Source of the DNA: Eledone cirrhosa
Lineage: Eukaryota
Length of the DNA stretch: 64,000 nt
Reading direction: 5' to 3'
Assembly: GCA_964016885.1 (NCBI GenBank)
Contig: OZ024741.1
Coordinates: 267,778,001-267,842,000, forward strand
In this document: in pieces, positions 59,685 through 64,000 of the stretch
How positions within the stretch are numbered: position 1 is the first letter of the stretch
Layout: each line of letters opens with the position of its first letter
The notes under the pieces: model-generated
The model's database searches: none
Seen by the model: the letters and a program-made list of their open reading frames with translations, nothing else
What the model was told of the DNA's origin: nothing
Program-made: the position numbers and the translations under genes

Positions 59685-59875
59685 ATTACATTGTAATTCC
59701 ATTTCCACAATGGCTTTCTACCTCACCACATGACTTACCACTTGCCACCACTTTTGTCTTTCTGATATTCACCTCCAAACATTTTACCTCCATATATTCC
59801 TTCCATCTACCCATCTTCTCCTTCAGTTCACCCACACTGCTATTAACACCAGGTCATTTGTATACAGCAACTCCC
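59685..59875 (-). mobile_element. Degenerate RTE RT fragment
   Basis: ELLYTNDLVLIA...LEVNIRKTKVV. Confidence 0.65.
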
Positions 59876-60600
59876 GTAGTAAACCCTTCTTTACACGTCA
59901 GGTTAGTACCTCCATCACAACTACAAATAGTAGTGAGCTTAATACTAATGTTCTCCAACTTCTATAGCTTCAAACCTGACATCTTTACAACAATATGCAC
60001 TTTCTCATATATTGTTGTCACTTTTCTAATCAAGCGTTTTTCCTCTCCTTACTCTCTCAGTGAAGCTTTCTGAGCAGTAAACACTGGTGTTTCAATAGTA
60101 ATTTTCAATTACTTACAGTTTTCTGTTACTTGTTTCTTATGTACAGTATTTAGTTGATCTAACACCCACATTATCTGTTTTAAGTGTGCTTGATAGTTTA
60201 TTCAAGTTACCATGGCCTGCCGATGACATGATGACATTTTTCACATGCTTTGTGGACTTTTGCCAATTTTCAAAAGTAAAAAGTAAAAGTGTTACTAAGC
60301 ATGAACACGTTACAAGGATAAAACAAAGTTTGATATTTGTCAGTGTCATAGGTAAGTCAGGGATAAAGTTTAAGCCAGTTATTCTTAAAATCTCTGAAAC
60401 TAATTCATCAAATTTCTTTGGTTCAGTTTCACTGGAGCAGCAGAGCCAGTGAAGTTTTATGGGTCACATTTCCTTCAGCATTTTTTCTTTTGTTACTTGG
60501 AATATTTTCAACTTTGAATGAACCAAGCTCTGTAGCAATCTGAAGCTTTTTGTTTTTGTGACATCCTGATTGCCACTATCAAGAAAACTGATCATGGGGA

Positions 60601-62573
60601 TAGTTTGGGAAGTTGTGTGGGTTATAGATATATCACTTGGTGGTGGTTTGAGGGGCTATGTGGGTTATAGATATATCACTTGGTGGTAGTTTGAGGGGCT
60701 GTGTGGGTTATAGATATATCACTTGGTGGTGGTTTGAGGGGCTGTGTGGGTTATAGATATATCACTTGGTGGTAGTTTGAGGGGCTGTGTGGGTTATAGA
60801 TATATCACTTGGTGGTAGTTTGAGGGGCTATGTGGGTTATAGATATATCACTTGGTGGTGGTTTGAGGGGCTGTGTGGGTTATAGATATATCACTTGGTG
60901 GTGGTTTGAGGGGCTGTGTGGGTTATAGATATATCACTTGGTGGTAGTTTGAGGGGCTGTGTGGGTTATAGATATATCACTTGGTGGTGGTTTGAGGGGC
61001 TGTGTGGGTTATAGATATATCACTTAGTGGTAGTTTGAGGGGCTGTGTGGGTTATAGATATATCACTTGGTGGTGGTTTGAGGGGCTGTGTGGGTTATAG
61101 ATATATCACTTGGTGGTAGTTTGAGGGGCTGTGTGGGTTATAGATATATCACTTGGTGGTAGTTTGAGGGGCTATGTGGTTTATAGATATATCACTTGGT
61201 GGTAGTTTGAGGGGCTGTGTGGGTTATAGATATATCACTTGGTGGTAGTTTGAGGGGCTGTGTGGGTTATAGATATATCACTTGGTGGTAGTTTGAGGGG
61301 CTATGTGGGTTATAGATATATCACTTGGTGGTGGTTTGAGGGGCTATGTGGGTTATAGATATATCACTTGGTGGTGGTTTGAGGGGCTATGTGGGTTATA
61401 GATATATCACTTGGTGGTGGTTTGAGGGGCTATGTGGGTTATAGATATATCACTTGGTGGTAGTTTGAGGGGCTATGTGGGTTATAGATATATCACTTGG
61501 TGGTGGTTTGAGGGGCTATGTGGGTTATAGATATATCACTTGGTGGTAGTTTGAGGGGCTATGTGGGTTATAGATATATCACTTGGTGGTGGTTTGAGGG
61601 GCTATGTGGGTTATAGATATATCACTTGGTGGTGGTTTGAGGGGCTGTGTGGGTTATAGATATATCACTTGGTGGTGGTTTGGGAAGTTGTGTGGGTTAT
61701 AGATATATCACTTGGTGGTAGTTTGAGGGGCTGTGTGGGTTATAGATATATCACTTGGTGGTGGTTTGAGGGGCTGTGTGGTTTATAGATATATCACTTG
61801 GTGGTGGTTTGAGGGGCTGTGTGGGTTATAGATATATCACTTGGTGGTAGTTTGAGGGGCTGTGTGGTTTATAGATATATCACTTGGTGGTAGTGTGAGG
61901 GGCTATGTGGGTTATAGATATATCACTTGGTGGTGGTTTGAGGGGCTATGTGGGTTATAGATATATCACTTGGTGGTAGTTTGAGGGGCTGTGTGGGTTA
62001 TAGATATATCACTTGGTGGTAGTTTGAGGGGCTGTGTGGTTTATAGATATATCACTTGGTGGTAGTTTGAGGGGCTGTGTGGGTTATAGATATATCACTT
62101 GGTGGTAGTTTGAGGGGCTGTGTGGTTTATAGATATATCACTTGGTGGTAGTTTGAGGGGCTGTGTGGGTTATAGATATATCACTTGGTGGTGGTTTGGG
62201 AAGTTGTGTGGGTTATAGATATATCACTTGGTGGTAGTTTGAGGGGCTGTGTGGGTTATAGATATATCACTTGGTGGTAGTTTGGGAAGTTGTGTGGGTT
62301 ATAGATATATCACTTGGTGGTAGTTTGAGGGGCTATGTGGGTTATAGATATATCACTTGGTGGTGGTTTGAGGGGCTGTGTGGGTTATAGATATATCACT
62401 TGGTGGTAGTTTGAGGGGCTGTGTGGGTTATAGATATATCACTTGGTGGTAGTTTGAGGGGTTGTGTGGGTTATAGATATATCACTTGGTGGTAGTTTGA
62501 GGGGCTGTGTGGTTTATAGATATATCACTTAGTGGTAGTTTGAGGGGTTGGATGGGTTATAGATATATTACTT
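60601..62573. repeat. 43-bp minisatellite, ~46 copies
   Basis: GTGGGTTATAGATATATCACTTGGTGGT(G/A)GTTTGAGGGGCT(G/A)T; no spacers. Confidence 0.97.
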
Positions 62574-63897
62574 TTATCATTATCAATCTCTTTATTTGAA
62601 ACATTTGCTACTAAATGTTTTTCAAAATAAGTATTCGGTGTCTACATTTTTTGTGGGGTTGAGGAAACTGATGTAAAATTCATGGTCTGATGGCATGAAC
62701 AGTCCTAATGTGTTTATTTGTAATCAAATTCTTTTAGCTCACTCCATTCTGCACATTTAATGCAAAGACAATACAATTGTTTGCTGGAGGTTTTCTTTCT
62801 ATGAAGTTTAATTTACACAATGCATGTAACAACTATGAAAACAGATGATATAATATGCCAATTCACTGGACTACCAAAGTGAAGTACTCAGTCATTTTTA
62901 ATGGGACCAACCCTACTAATCCTTCAAACCAGCCAAATGCTGTTAATCTTAATATCTTACTTATTAAAGAAAATCTTGATAAATGTTGTTCAGTGTACCA
63001 AGTCAATGAGATACATGGATTTTTAAACATTTTTTAAGTGTATGATAAATTCCATCCTTTTTATTTAAGAAAATTGTCATTAAAAAAATTAGATATAAAT
63101 ATTAGTTGGTGTATAATAGAATCTACTTTATAAAAAATGAGTTGTTTTACTCAAACGATTTTGACAAATACTCGAAGAAACACATTTAAAGTTATTTGTC
63201 ATGAATCAGTTTATGTTGTAGTCCATTTTGATGTTTACATATCAATATGTGATGAATATCTAAAAATAAAGAAAAATAGGCTTGAAGAAACATAAACACC
63301 ACCCCTGTCCTAAAAACACATGCTTTTGAGAACGACGACGGTTGCAAAATATATAGTAACTTTAAGGAGAGCAATCCATAATTATATATATATATGCAGA
63401 TTAGTCTTTGACCTGTTTGTAGTTATTGTTGTTGTGGTATAAGTATGGCCATATGCATTTGGTCGCTTTTTCTTAACTCTGTGTTCACTCTGGACGAAAA
63501 TGTATTAACTTTCTACACCTTTGAGTGCTTTGTGACTGCCTCAAGCAATTTGATTGGTATCTGCTACATTGAAGCTACAACTTCGATTTATACCTATTAT
63601 ATATATATATATATATATATATAATAGGTGTGTGTGTGTATATCTATGTATATGAGTGTATCTACTATAATAAGTATCCATTAATACCTTCCTCTGTCCG
63701 TCCTCTCCAAAATCTGTGTATACAAGTTCAACTAATTAAACGATCTGTGGCATATTGTGACTTGCTCAAATCTGATGTCTGATGGTATAAAATATTCTGA
63801 ATACTTTTACACATCATTTGTCAGGCTGATTAAAACAACCTCTGCAAAGAATTCCGACAGCTAATTGCCTTTGATATACATGTTAATGGAAGACTGC

Positions 63898-64000
63898 TTG
63901 ATGGCACATGGTTAGGGAAGTTTGATTCACGACCATAGAGTTAGTTGTGAGTTCAATTTCTGATGGTGTGCTGTATCCTTGAGCAAGACAACATTTTATT
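63898..64000 (+). mobile_element. Diverged tRNA-derived SINE head, continuing beyond window
   Basis: TGGCACATGGTTAG, GTGAGTTCAATTT, TCCTTGAGCAAGACA. Confidence 0.65.

Noticed and set aside
60601-62573. CRISPR-like regular repeat
   Set aside because: Contiguous 43-bp tandem units with no unique spacers, eukaryotic context, no cas genes

Overview
Eukaryotic, AT-rich, repeat-dominated animal DNA, most likely a coleoid cephalopod (octopod-like SINE/LINE repertoire; this is an inference), with one 200-N scaffold gap. About 1-52 kb is a nest of non-LTR retroelements set in long (TA)n arrays punctuated by a GAC/GTC motif. It contains (i) RTE-type LINEs whose RT carries an inserted C4HC3 PHD-like finger, (ii) a near full-length RTE-BovB-type LINE with three C-terminal C2H2 fingers, (iii) Penelope-like (Naiad-type RT + GIY-YIG) elements, (iv) CR1 fragments, (v) two tRNA-derived SINE families and (vi) DNA-transposon relics. 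By eye I find about 16 intact, truncated or decayed type I hammerhead-ribozyme motifs from at least 7 sequence families. Several sit back-to-back in long palindromes, and one pair flanks a 505-nt retrozyme-like unit. The only recognisable host coding sequence is a 94-nt first coding exon (54985-55078, +) matching the N-terminus of E93/Mblk-1/LCOR/LCORL, in a TE-poor promoter-like region. Two minisatellites occur: an AGGTCA-rich 14-16 bp array and a 43-bp array. All structures were read manually and none was computed or searched against databases.
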